A stretch of 64,000 nucleotides of DNA from Planctomycetota bacterium (GTDB lineage Bacteria > Planctomycetota > PLA2 > JAEUHO01), in the NCBI GenBank assembly GCA_050248855.1, contig JBFWRP010000002.1:96001-160000 (forward strand), read 5' to 3'. A model generated the notes under the pieces. It was given only the letters and a program-made list of their open reading frames with translations. It was not told the origin of the DNA and did not search any database. Made by a program: the position numbers and the translations under genes. Shown piece after piece: positions 19,070-27,445 of this stretch. Numbering within the stretch: position 1 is the stretch's first letter; each line of letters starts with the position of its first letter.

Positions 19070-19230
19070 GCCGTGCCTTCGCCTCCGCTTGCCCGGCGCA
19101 TGCTAGCCGCAGACGCCATGCGGACCCCAGCTCCCACAAGTCTGGGGGCCGCTGCGATGGATGCGCTTGGAGCTGTACAGGCTTCATGGAGCCGGCGCGC
19201 TAGGGCGCTTCGCTCCGCCTGGAGTCAGCC

Positions 19231-19902
19231 ATGCCCCGTTTCACCGTCGCCGCCGCGATCTTGCTCGTCGCCGCCCTTGCAGCACCGTGCACCCCAGCCC
19301 AGGCATCCAATGTGATCAGCGGGCAGATCGGTGGTGAGGAGGTCCTGCCCGACATGGCCGACGGGCTTCGCAAGCTTGCCGCGATCGAGTCCGAGCTGCA
19401 CGAGGCATTGGCGTTTGGCCGCCGGATTCGAAGCCATGAGCTCGTGCAAGCTGCGCAGGCCTCTTTCCAGCAGGTGCAGACCGTCAAGCGGGGGGTCATC
19501 GACCTCCTCCGCATGGCGGACACGATGGTGTACGTGTACGGCGACGCCGCCCAGCGCGTGGATCGGGCCTGGATCCTGCGCTTCCTCCGCGCAGACCCTC
19601 GGCACTGGCGCCTCTCCAGCGTCCACATCTTCCAGCGCGACGGCAAGCTGCTCTGGAGCCAGAACGCTCCCATTGGCTACGACGACTCGAACGTCCCCGC
19701 GCAGCAACCGACCCCGGCCGCGCGGCCCACGGGCATGCCTCCGCTGGGCACCGTGATCGACGTCGGCGGCGTGAAGGCCGTCCCGCTGAATCTGCCCGCG
19801 TTGGGGCAGCCCTCGAAGCCCAAGCCGAAGCCGACCCCGCCGGCGCCCCCGCGCCAGCCCGGCCGTAGCGATCCGACCGCGGGCACGCTCTTCGGCTTCT
19901 AG
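19231..19902 (+). CDS. Secreted hypothetical protein with a Pro-rich tail
   Basis: Signal peptide (AQA), GGAG RBS. Confidence 0.65.
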   Translation: MPRFTVAAAILLVAALAAPCTPAQASNVISGQIGGEEVLPDMADGLRKLAAIESELHEALAFGRRIRSHELVQAAQASFQQVQTVKRGVIDLLRMADTMVYVYGDAAQRVDRAWILRFLRADPRHWRLSSVHIFQRDGKLLWSQNAPIGYDDSNVPAQQPTPAARPTGMPPLGTVIDVGGVKAVPLNLPALGQPSKPKPKPTPPAPPRQPGRSDPTAGTLFGF

Positions 19903-19908
19903 GGTCGA

Positions 19909-21051
19909 TCAGCCGCGAGGGCTTGCGCGACCACCCAGGCGTCGCACGAGCCGGACCGGAGGTCGGACAAGCACCCGCTCGACGACCTTCCCTGCATGAC
20001 GAACCACGGGGGCCCGCGAGACATCGCGGGCCCTCATCATGCGTAGAGCGGGGGCTGCGCTTCGCGCCACGGTCGCCACGAAGCGAGGCTCCCCGTAGCG
20101 CATGGCGCGCTCCAAGCGTTCGACGGGGGCCAGCGGCAGGCGACGCAGCCGTCGCCGCACGGCCAAGGGAACGGGCGTTCCGTAGTCGCGTGCCACGAGC
20201 TCGAGGGCTTCGCGTACGGGCGCCAAGACCGCGGCGCGACGCGCGTCCTCGATCAGCAGCGCCCAGCGAAACGCCTCTCCCACGCCGCGCACGATGCGGT
20301 CGATGTCGACGATCCAGCGGATCGAGCCTACCCCCTGGCGCTGCAAGCCATGGAAAGCCGTGTGCAGGAGGGCGTGCTCGGGGCCCAGGCGGCGCGTGCG
20401 GACGCCCCCCAGCTCGAAGGGCACGCTCGCGGCCCAGAGCCTCTCCTCGGGGAACTCCACGAGATGTCGCTCGAAGAGGTGGAGCAGGCGGTGGTGCAAG
20501 TCGAGCGCCGGCAGCTTGTCGTCGGGGCCCATCAAGCCGACGGCGTTGCGATTTCGCCGGTAGCTGCCCGCGAGCCCGCCCTGCCAGGCCGCGGCGTACG
20601 GATCGAGATGCCAGCCCGCGGCACACAGCACGTCCACGGCCGGCACGAAGTCGGCACTGCGCACGAGCAGGTCCACGTCGGACATCGGGCGTGTGCCCAC
20701 GTCGCGGTAGTCCGGGCCCGCCAAGGCCGCGCCCTTGAGCACGATCGTGTCGATGCCATGACCGCGCAGCCGCTCGGTGGCCGCCGCGAGGCGACGGAAC
20801 AGGATCTGGTTCTCGGCCCAAGCCCGCCGGTAGAAGCCGCGCAGGCGGCCGAGCCACGGGTCGGCTTCCCCGAGCCGCTCGAGGTTGCGGTACACGAGCG
20901 GCAGGAGACGGAACGAGGCTTGGTCGATGCGATCGAGGTCCGCATCGGCCCGCCACGCGCGCCAAGCCCGTCGGGCACGCTCGCCTTCGAACAGTGCCGC
21001 GCGGAGCAGCAGCGCCTCGCGCGGGCCCGGGCGCGGGTCGTACAGCTTCAC
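19909..21051 (-). CDS. Nucleotidyltransferase family protein (NTP_transf_5-like)
   Basis: IVLKGAAL...Y...RPMSDVDLLV, LDLHHRL, WIVDI; GTGA overlap. Confidence 0.85.
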   Translation of the reverse strand: MKLYDPRPGPREALLLRAALFEGERARRAWRAWRADADLDRIDQASFRLLPLVYRNLERLGEADPWLGRLRGFYRRAWAENQILFRRLAAATERLRGHGIDTIVLKGAALAGPDYRDVGTRPMSDVDLLVRSADFVPAVDVLCAAGWHLDPYAAAWQGGLAGSYRRNRNAVGLMGPDDKLPALDLHHRLLHLFERHLVEFPEERLWAASVPFELGGVRTRRLGPEHALLHTAFHGLQRQGVGSIRWIVDIDRIVRGVGEAFRWALLIEDARRAAVLAPVREALELVARDYGTPVPLAVRRRLRRLPLAPVERLERAMRYGEPRFVATVARSAAPALRMMRARDVSRAPVVRHAGKVVERVLVRPPVRLVRRLGGRASPRG

Positions 21052-21737
21052 GAGCTGCCGCCCTCCGCACGCCGGCGATCGAGCATGGCCTTGGCCAGCT
21101 TCAGGTACTCCGCGCGCGCGTCGCCTCCGCGCAGTACGCCCGTGTTGCGGGCATGGATGCGGCGCTCGGCGAGCACGACGGGCAGTCGCACCACGACGGG
21201 TCGCGTCGCCTCGAAGCGGACCCACCACGCGGGAGCTTCCGAGGCCACGAGATCGGTGGGGTAGGGGCCCGCGGCTTCGAACGCCGTGCGCTTGACCAGC
21301 AACGTGATCGGGCTGGTGCCGCTCACGATCTCCGGCTCGGGCACGCCTTCGCGCCCGAGGTCGGGGCTGAAGAACTGGCGGATCTGGCCGATCGCGGCCA
21401 CGGCCTCCGGCTGCCGCGCCAGCGCCTCGCGCTGCAGGGCCAGCTTGTGGGGAACCCAGCGATCGTCGGCGTCGAGGAACGCGAGCCAGGGCGCCGTCGT
21501 CGCGGCCACGCCACGGTTGCGCGCCGCGCCGGCACCCAGAGGTGGCTGCGTGATCACGCGCACGCGCTCGTCGTGCGCCCGCGCCACCTCGGCACTGCCG
21601 TCCGTCGAGCCATCGTCGACCACGACGACTTCGGTGGGGGGGAGCGCCTGGGCGAACACACTGGCCAGCGCTTCGTCCAGATACGCCGCGCCATCGCGCA
21701 CGGGGATCACCACCGCAACGTCGAACGGCGACGTCAT
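21048..21737 (-). CDS. Glycosyltransferase family 2
   Basis: VVIPV, VVDDGSTD, ARNRG, FLDADD. Confidence 0.92.
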   Translation of the reverse strand: MTSPFDVAVVIPVRDGAAYLDEALASVFAQALPPTEVVVVDDGSTDGSAEVARAHDERVRVITQPPLGAGAARNRGVAATTAPWLAFLDADDRWVPHKLALQREALARQPEAVAAIGQIRQFFSPDLGREGVPEPEIVSGTSPITLLVKRTAFEAAGPYPTDLVASEAPAWWVRFEATRPVVVRLPVVLAERRIHARNTGVLRGGDARAEYLKLAKAMLDRRRAEGGSS

Positions 21738-22444
21738 GACGCATCGTCCAGCGGCCAGCCCGCGAGGCTGCGCACCGCACCGTCCTCGCCACGGCGTCTC
21801 GCGATCGAGTCGCGAAGGGCCGTGAAGAAGCCGCGGATGTCGGCCGCGCGGGCGTTCGTCGAGTTGGTGGCGTGGCGGCGGTAGATCTGCGCCAGCTCGG
21901 TGTCGGCGCGCGCGGGCACGCCCGCCTCCCGCGCCCGCAGGAACCAGTCCACGTCTTCGTCGTACGTCTTGGACGCGTCGAGCGGGCCGACGCGCTCGAA
22001 GGCCGCCCGCGTCACGAGCAAGGCGCCGAGGCTGGGCTCGGCGGCGGGCGGGCCCAGCGGCACGAGGCGGCCCTCGTGCTCGCGCACACGCTGCGTCTGT
22101 CCCAGGACCAGCTCGACGGCGGGCTCGCGGGTTAGGAGGGCGAGCTGGCGTTCGAGGCGCCCCGGCGTCCAGAGGTCGTCGTGGTCCAGGAACGCCAGGA
22201 CGTCCCCGCGCGCCGCGGCCACGCCGGCGTTGCGCCCGGCCGCCGCGCTGCCGAACGGACCCTCGATCACGCGCACGCGCGCGTCGTACCCCGACGCCAT
22301 CCGCGCCGTGTCGTCGGTGGATCCGTCGTCGGCCACGATGACTTCGTCCGGCGGCCGCGACTGCGTGCACACGCTTTCGAGCGCCGCGGCCAGGTACGTG
22401 GCCCCGTTCTTGACCGGCATCACGACCGAGACGATGCGCCCCAT
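21734..22444 (-). CDS. Glycosyltransferase family 2
   Basis: VVMPV, DDGSTD, GRNAG, FLDHDD, EDVDW. Confidence 0.92.
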   Translation of the reverse strand: MGRIVSVVMPVKNGATYLAAALESVCTQSRPPDEVIVADDGSTDDTARMASGYDARVRVIEGPFGSAAAGRNAGVAAARGDVLAFLDHDDLWTPGRLERQLALLTREPAVELVLGQTQRVREHEGRLVPLGPPAAEPSLGALLVTRAAFERVGPLDASKTYDEDVDWFLRAREAGVPARADTELAQIYRRHATNSTNARAADIRGFFTALRDSIARRRGEDGAVRSLAGWPLDDAS

Positions 22445-22445
22445 C

Positions 22446-23513
22446 TCAGGCCTGCACCAAGGGGGCCAGCAGGGCGGGAATCGCCTCCACGTCCTCGCCG
22501 AGTGCAAGCGTGTACACGGGCGCCCCGCGAGAGATGGCCGCGAGGCGGGCGAAGGTCGTGTGCGCCGCTCCCGGCAGTGGCAGCAGCGAGCTCGGCGCCA
22601 GCGCGGCCATGCACGCGGCCGCGGACGCCGGCTCCAGCCGCGACGTGGCTTCGCCCGTCACGTGCGGGAGCAGGATGGCGGCCACGTCGAAGTCGGGCAG
22701 CATCCGTCCCCAGGTGCGGCCCACGAACAAGAGGCCCTTCTCCAGGTCGAGGCGCTCTTCGTTGGCCAGGTGCGCGGCCAGCCTGGGCATGCGCTCGAGC
22801 GTGCCCGGGCGCACGGTGGCCGAGGCGTAGAGCGCGCTGCCGCGAAGCGGCGGCCCCGGGTCGAGCACGAGGTTGTTGTCGCCGGCGTAGGCCCAGCCGG
22901 CCTCCACGCAGAGCAAGGCCGTCGTGGACTTGCCGCTGAAACCCTTGCCCGTCAGCAACAGCCCGCGTCCGTTCCGCCCGACCGCGGCAGCATGCACGAC
23001 CTGCACGCCTCGGTCGCCCAGCCACCAGGCCCAAAGGGGGCGCAGCGGGCAGGCCGTCTCGTAGTAGGGGATCGCGCGCGCGTCGCGCGTCCACACCAGG
23101 GCCCGTCCCGCGTCGGCGTCGTAGGCCAGCAGCACGCCCGAGCCAAGGTTGTAGGTGAAGCGCAGCGCACCTTCGCGGTAGCCCCTGACCTCGCCGCGCG
23201 CAAGGAGGTCCTCGTGCTCCCACGGTGGGGGTGGGATGGCCACGCCGCTCTCCGTGGAGTCGAACAGGTGGACGTGGAACGCGTCCGTGCCCGATTTCGC
23301 GAGCGCGTGCTCCAAGGCGGGCCAGATCGCCGACCGGATGGCCTCTCCGGCGAAGTGGAGCGTGGCCCGATGACCCGCGAGGCGCACGTGCTCGACGCAG
23401 ACGCGGACGCCACGTGAGGCCTCGCCCCACGCGTGGAACGCCGCCTCGAGGAAGACACGCCCGCGAGCCGTGTCGGTCGCGTCGTCCGCGACGCCGCCCT
23501 CAGGGCTGTGCAT
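22446..23513 (-). CDS. HPr kinase-like P-loop kinase (lasso peptide kinase-like)
   Basis: VHAAAV, GKGFSGKST, AYAGDN. Confidence 0.8.
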   Translation of the reverse strand: MHSPEGGVADDATDTARGRVFLEAAFHAWGEASRGVRVCVEHVRLAGHRATLHFAGEAIRSAIWPALEHALAKSGTDAFHVHLFDSTESGVAIPPPPWEHEDLLARGEVRGYREGALRFTYNLGSGVLLAYDADAGRALVWTRDARAIPYYETACPLRPLWAWWLGDRGVQVVHAAAVGRNGRGLLLTGKGFSGKSTTALLCVEAGWAYAGDNNLVLDPGPPLRGSALYASATVRPGTLERMPRLAAHLANEERLDLEKGLLFVGRTWGRMLPDFDVAAILLPHVTGEATSRLEPASAAACMAALAPSSLLPLPGAAHTTFARLAAISRGAPVYTLALGEDVEAIPALLAPLVQA

Positions 23514-23931
23514 GCGGCCAGCCCGCTTCGTCCACCTCGTGGATCGGGTCCACGAGGAACAGCTCCTGCAGGTCGGCGAACTCCTCGATCGTGGGGGGCT
23601 GGAACTCGGCACGCTTCACGGGCGGCGCAGGCGGCGCGGGGCGGTCCTGCGGCGGCGCCCCCGCCAACACCAACCCGCGCGTCTCGAGGTCGGCCAAGAA
23701 CGCCGAGGCCGCCGCCTCGGCTGCGGCGGGCTCCACCTCGAACGCGGCCACCAGCGCCTGGGCGGCTTCGCCCACCGTCGCGCCCCGCGCCACGGCCGAC
23801 CACACCACCGTCCCGCCCTCGTCCAGCCGGAAGTAGTGCCCCGACGGGAAGTGGATCAGGATCACTTCGGCGTCGAACGCCTCGTGGGCGACATCACGTT
23901 GGTTGGGGACGTAGCAGCGGCCGTTCTCCAT
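23500..23931 (-). CDS. PqqD-family RRE protein with a C-terminal peptide extension
   Basis: E.ILIH...G.YFRLDE.G..VW...L...F...FL.DL...GLV, Pro linker, then FQPPTIEEFADLQELFLVDPIHEVDEAGWP. Confidence 0.85.
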   Translation of the reverse strand: MENGRCYVPNQRDVAHEAFDAEVILIHFPSGHYFRLDEGGTVVWSAVARGATVGEAAQALVAAFEVEPAAAEAAASAFLADLETRGLVLAGAPPQDRPAPPAPPVKRAEFQPPTIEEFADLQELFLVDPIHEVDEAGWPHAQP

Positions 23932-24096
23932 CGACGACACGATACCCGCGACGGCCCATCAGGCGCAGGTCGACCACCGCGGTGTGTCCCTCGAGCCTCC
24001 CGCGCTACCCTGACCCGCGCGTGCGCAGCAGGCGACGATGGCGGACCGGGCATGTCCGGAATCGCCTGACCTCCACGCCCCCGAGGACGGTGACCC

Positions 24097-24615
24097 GTGA
24101 CCGTTGACGTCGTGTGCATCACCGGACCGTGCGGGAGTGGCAAGTCCACGGTGGGCTTCGAGTGCATGGAGCAGCTTGAGCGCGCGAGCGTGCCGGCCGC
24201 CTTCGTCGACGGCGAGCTCGCCTACTTCCACCCCAAGCCCGCCACGGATCGCTGGGGCTACGCCGTGGCCGAGGAAGGGCTGCGGGCCCTCTGGGGCGTG
24301 TACGCCGCCGCAGGCCACACGCGCCTGCTCCTCTCGCGTGTCGTCGAAGACGACGAGCAGCTGGCCATCGTGGAGCGCGCCATCCCCGACGCCCGCATTC
24401 GCCTGTACCGCCTCGTAGCCACTCCAGCCACCATCGAGCACCGGCTTCGCCGGCGCGAGATCGGCAGCGGCCTCGCCTGGCACATCCAGCGCAGCGACGA
24501 GATCGCACGATCGACACTGGGCGAGCCGATCGACGCCGAGCGAGGCGTCATCGACATCGCCGTGGATGTGCTGCAACGTGCGGGGTGGTTGCCCCTGGAC
24601 GGTGCGACCTCGTGA
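24097..24615 (+). CDS. Small P-loop kinase (AAA_33 / APS-kinase-like)
   Basis: ITGPCGSGKST, VDGD, lid HRLRRR. Confidence 0.8.
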   Translation: MTVDVVCITGPCGSGKSTVGFECMEQLERASVPAAFVDGELAYFHPKPATDRWGYAVAEEGLRALWGVYAAAGHTRLLLSRVVEDDEQLAIVERAIPDARIRLYRLVATPATIEHRLRRREIGSGLAWHIQRSDEIARSTLGEPIDAERGVIDIAVDVLQRAGWLPLDGATS

Positions 24616-24926
24616 AGGTCTATCTCGACGACGAACGCCCCACGCCCGCCGGTTGGGTCGGAGCCCGCTGGCCCGAGGACGCCATCAGGCTGCTCGAGGC
24701 AGGTGGTGTCACCGAGATCAGCTTGGACCACGACCTGGGCGATGATGAGCGAGGGACGGGCTACACCGTTCTGCTCTGGATCGAAGAGGCCGTGGCCACG
24801 CGTGGATTCGTGCCGCCGCATATCCACATCAATACGGCCAATGCCTCGGCCCGCTCCAAGATGCTGCTGGGCGTGGCCAGCATTGAGCGACTGGCGCGTC
24901 GAAGCACGAGGGAGCCTGACGCGTGA
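24612..24926 (+). CDS. Cyclic-phosphate processing receiver domain (cREC) protein
   Basis: KVYLDDER.TP.GW...ISLDHDLG...TGY.VL.W...INTAN; GTGA overlap. Confidence 0.85.
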   Translation: MKVYLDDERPTPAGWVGARWPEDAIRLLEAGGVTEISLDHDLGDDERGTGYTVLLWIEEAVATRGFVPPHIHINTANASARSKMLLGVASIERLARRSTREPDA

Positions 24927-25336
24927 ACATCTGGTTCGTCGACGACCGCGCCGCCAACCGGGCCACGTGGCGAGCGAGCTTCCCCGAGGCCGTACGCCAA
25001 GCGAGCACGCTGCGGACCTTCGCCTCCGTGCCTGACATCCTGGCGGCCTTCGAAGTCGGCGACTGGCCCGACGTGCTCTTCGTGGACTTCTACCTGGAGG
25101 CACACACGGGCCTCGACGTCGTCGAGCGCGTGCTGGCCGACACGCGCCCGACGCCCCTCCTCATCGCGCACAGCACGCTGGCTCCCGCCAACGCCCAGCT
25201 GCTTGCGGCCGGCGCCCACCTGACCTTGGAGAAGCGTCGCAACATGCCGCGCACGCAAAGCATCGTGGACACCTTCCGCACGCCCGCGGACGTCGACAGG
25301 TTGATCCGCGAACACGTGGGCCACGCGGCGCCGTAG
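24923..25336 (+). CDS. Stand-alone receiver domain protein
   Basis: IWFVDD, DVLFVDFYL, IAHST, LEK. Confidence 0.75.
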   Translation: MNIWFVDDRAANRATWRASFPEAVRQASTLRTFASVPDILAAFEVGDWPDVLFVDFYLEAHTGLDVVERVLADTRPTPLLIAHSTLAPANAQLLAAGAHLTLEKRRNMPRTQSIVDTFRTPADVDRLIREHVGHAAP

Positions 25337-25472
25337 GGCGCAGCCCGCAGATCAGCCTCCGAGGCACCCCTCCAGGGCCATCATGGGCTCTTCGTCGCGC
25401 ATCCGTGCGCACCAAGAGGAACCCGCGAAGCGGCCCGCCCGGACACGCTCTCCGCCAACCCGTCCACCTGCC

Positions 25473-26978
25473 CTACGGCGTCCGGAAGTAGTACCGGTAG
25501 GCGATGGGAACGAAGCCGCCGAGCCCGGCGTCGATCGCCGTGTAGCCCCCGACGAAGGGACTCGGATCGTCCCCCGTGACCAGCGGGTTGCCTGGGAGGT
25601 CGGTGAGGCCCCGCACGACGACGAGGTACGTGCCCGGGGGAACGGGCGCGGCAGGGGACAGGATCACGGTCGTCGTCGCGCTGCTCTGCGCCACCACGGG
25701 CCGCAGGGTCTGCACCTGGTTTGCGGGCGTGACCAGGATCGGCGTGGCCGCGGTGGTGCCGACGTGCCAGAGCTGCACGTTCGTGCCAAGCATCAGGCCC
25801 GCGTCGTACGCCCCGACTTGAGCCGGGTTCACGGGCTCGTTCAGGCGGACCTGGATGGCAGGCAGGTCGATCATGTCGGGTGTCGCGCTGGGTGTGCCGA
25901 CGTTGCGGTCATCGTGGACGGGGACGCACAGCTCGGGGATCACGCGCGGCACGCCTTCGTTGACCAGGCAGAGCAGGGTGGCCGAAGGACCCGAGCCGCT
26001 CTGGATCCCCGGCGGCGTGAAGAGGCTCGTTCCCGCGTTGTCCAGGCAACCCTGTTCGTCGCCCAGCCCCGGGGGCGAACCGCTTGGGCCGTTCATGTGG
26101 ACCAACGGACGGCGCGGCTCGATGAACGTGAGTCCTGATGTCGTCGTGAACAGCCGCGGCGTGGTGGTGACCACGCGCGCGCCCTCCACGCTGCGAATGC
26201 TCTCCGCGTCGAGGTGGTCGGCGAGGTCGAGTACGTAGGTGGTGCCCGGTGACAGACCGACATCCGCGAAGTCGGGGAAGCTCGGGAGCTGCGGAAGCAG
26301 CGCAACGCGCGGCCCGTCCACCGCCGCGACTTCGAACGTCGGCCCCGCCGATCCGCCGGTGACCGAGAACGTGTCCGGGTTCACCGACGCGGGGTCCACG
26401 TCTCGACTGAAGGCAAGGACCAGCGGTTGGTCCAGGGCCACGTTCGTGGCCCCGTCGTGGGCGAACGACACGAGCCGCATCTCCGGCACGGCCTTCAGCT
26501 GCGCAACGCCTTCGCACACCGCCGGGAGCCCGGACGGGTCGCTGCTCTCGCGCACCGTGGCCGTGCCAACGATGGCCTCGTCGGTGCGCTCCAACAGGAA
26601 GTCCGAGTAGACCACGTAGCGGCCCAACCCCGGATCGAACAGCACGACACGTCCCGCAATCGTGGCCGTGGATCCGCTCACCGAGCCCGTGAGCACGGCA
26701 AGCGGAGCCGTCATCGTCACGTCGCCTCCCGAGGTGGAAAACGACAGCGGCACGCCGACCTCGACGATGTCGCCGCAGAACTTGCCCGTGTCCGTCCGCA
26801 GGAGGAACCACGAGCCCGAGAACGGCGCGTCGCTGCCGCCTCCGCCGCCGCCGCAGCCTGCGAGCGTGACAAGGACTGCCAGGGCAGCCGACAGCGGGGC
26901 GAGCTTGGGTCCGCGCACGCGCACCTCCGGAAGAAGGCTACCAAGTCGGTCGGCTGGGGGCGTGACACGCCCTGCCAT
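25473..26978 (-). CDS. Lipoprotein with bacterial Ig-like (Big_5/SbsA-like) domains
   Basis: Lipobox LAGC plus Gly linker; DGATNVALD..LVLAFS..VDPASV; GLTDLPGNPL; start uncertain. Confidence 0.7.
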   Translation of the reverse strand: MAGRVTPPADRLGSLLPEVRVRGPKLAPLSAALAVLVTLAGCGGGGGGSDAPFSGSWFLLRTDTGKFCGDIVEVGVPLSFSTSGGDVTMTAPLAVLTGSVSGSTATIAGRVVLFDPGLGRYVVYSDFLLERTDEAIVGTATVRESSDPSGLPAVCEGVAQLKAVPEMRLVSFAHDGATNVALDQPLVLAFSRDVDPASVNPDTFSVTGGSAGPTFEVAAVDGPRVALLPQLPSFPDFADVGLSPGTTYVLDLADHLDAESIRSVEGARVVTTTPRLFTTTSGLTFIEPRRPLVHMNGPSGSPPGLGDEQGCLDNAGTSLFTPPGIQSGSGPSATLLCLVNEGVPRVIPELCVPVHDDRNVGTPSATPDMIDLPAIQVRLNEPVNPAQVGAYDAGLMLGTNVQLWHVGTTAATPILVTPANQVQTLRPVVAQSSATTTVILSPAAPVPPGTYLVVVRGLTDLPGNPLVTGDDPSPFVGGYTAIDAGLGGFVPIAYRYYFRTP

Positions 26979-27264
26979 GGGTGCGCGCCCCCCTGGCACG
27001 GGCACTACCTCCACGCACCCCAGGCGTACCCAACGCCTCGAGCACGGCCACCTCACGCTGGACCTTGGCCCGCCGCTCCGCCGTGACGCGCTCCTGGGCG
27101 ACACGCACCACGACTTCGCGCTCCCCGTCGCCGCGATCGATGCGCACGAGGTAGCCGGCGAATTCGAGCCCGCGGCCCAGGAAGCCCACCCTGACGATGC
27201 GCTCGCTTGGCTCCAGACAGCCGTGCACGGCGGTGTTGGCCAGCCTCTTGAAGAACCCGCCCAT
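26938..27264 (-). pseudogene. Possible truncated APH/choline-kinase-like N-lobe
   Basis: FLGRGLEFAGYLV...VVVRV...VQREVAVLEAL; no catalytic HGD lobe follows. Confidence 0.35.
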
Positions 27265-27301
27265 GCGACTCGACATGCCGCGAGCCTACTCCGACCGAGG
27301 G

Positions 27302-27388
27302 TCACTCCACGAGCCGGTACGACGTGCTCCGCCCACCGCCCTCGTTCTGGACCAGCAGACCCCAGGCGAGCAGATCACGGATGTCGTG
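27302..27388 (-). pseudogene. C-terminal remnant of a Fic-family gene
   Basis: Manual translation HDIRDLLAWGLLVQNEGGGRSTSYRLVE* resembles the RDI.DL...G.L....GGRSTSY wHTH tail of Fic proteins. Confidence 0.55.
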
Positions 27389-27445
27389 GCCTGTCAGCTC
27401 GGCTCCAGCACCCGCCGGGTTACACGCGCGCCTTCGAGACCAGGC

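Noticed and set aside
19909..23931. Canonical lasso peptide or PQQ cluster
   Set aside because: No lasso cyclase, B2 protease, radical SAM PqqE or PqqA in the window
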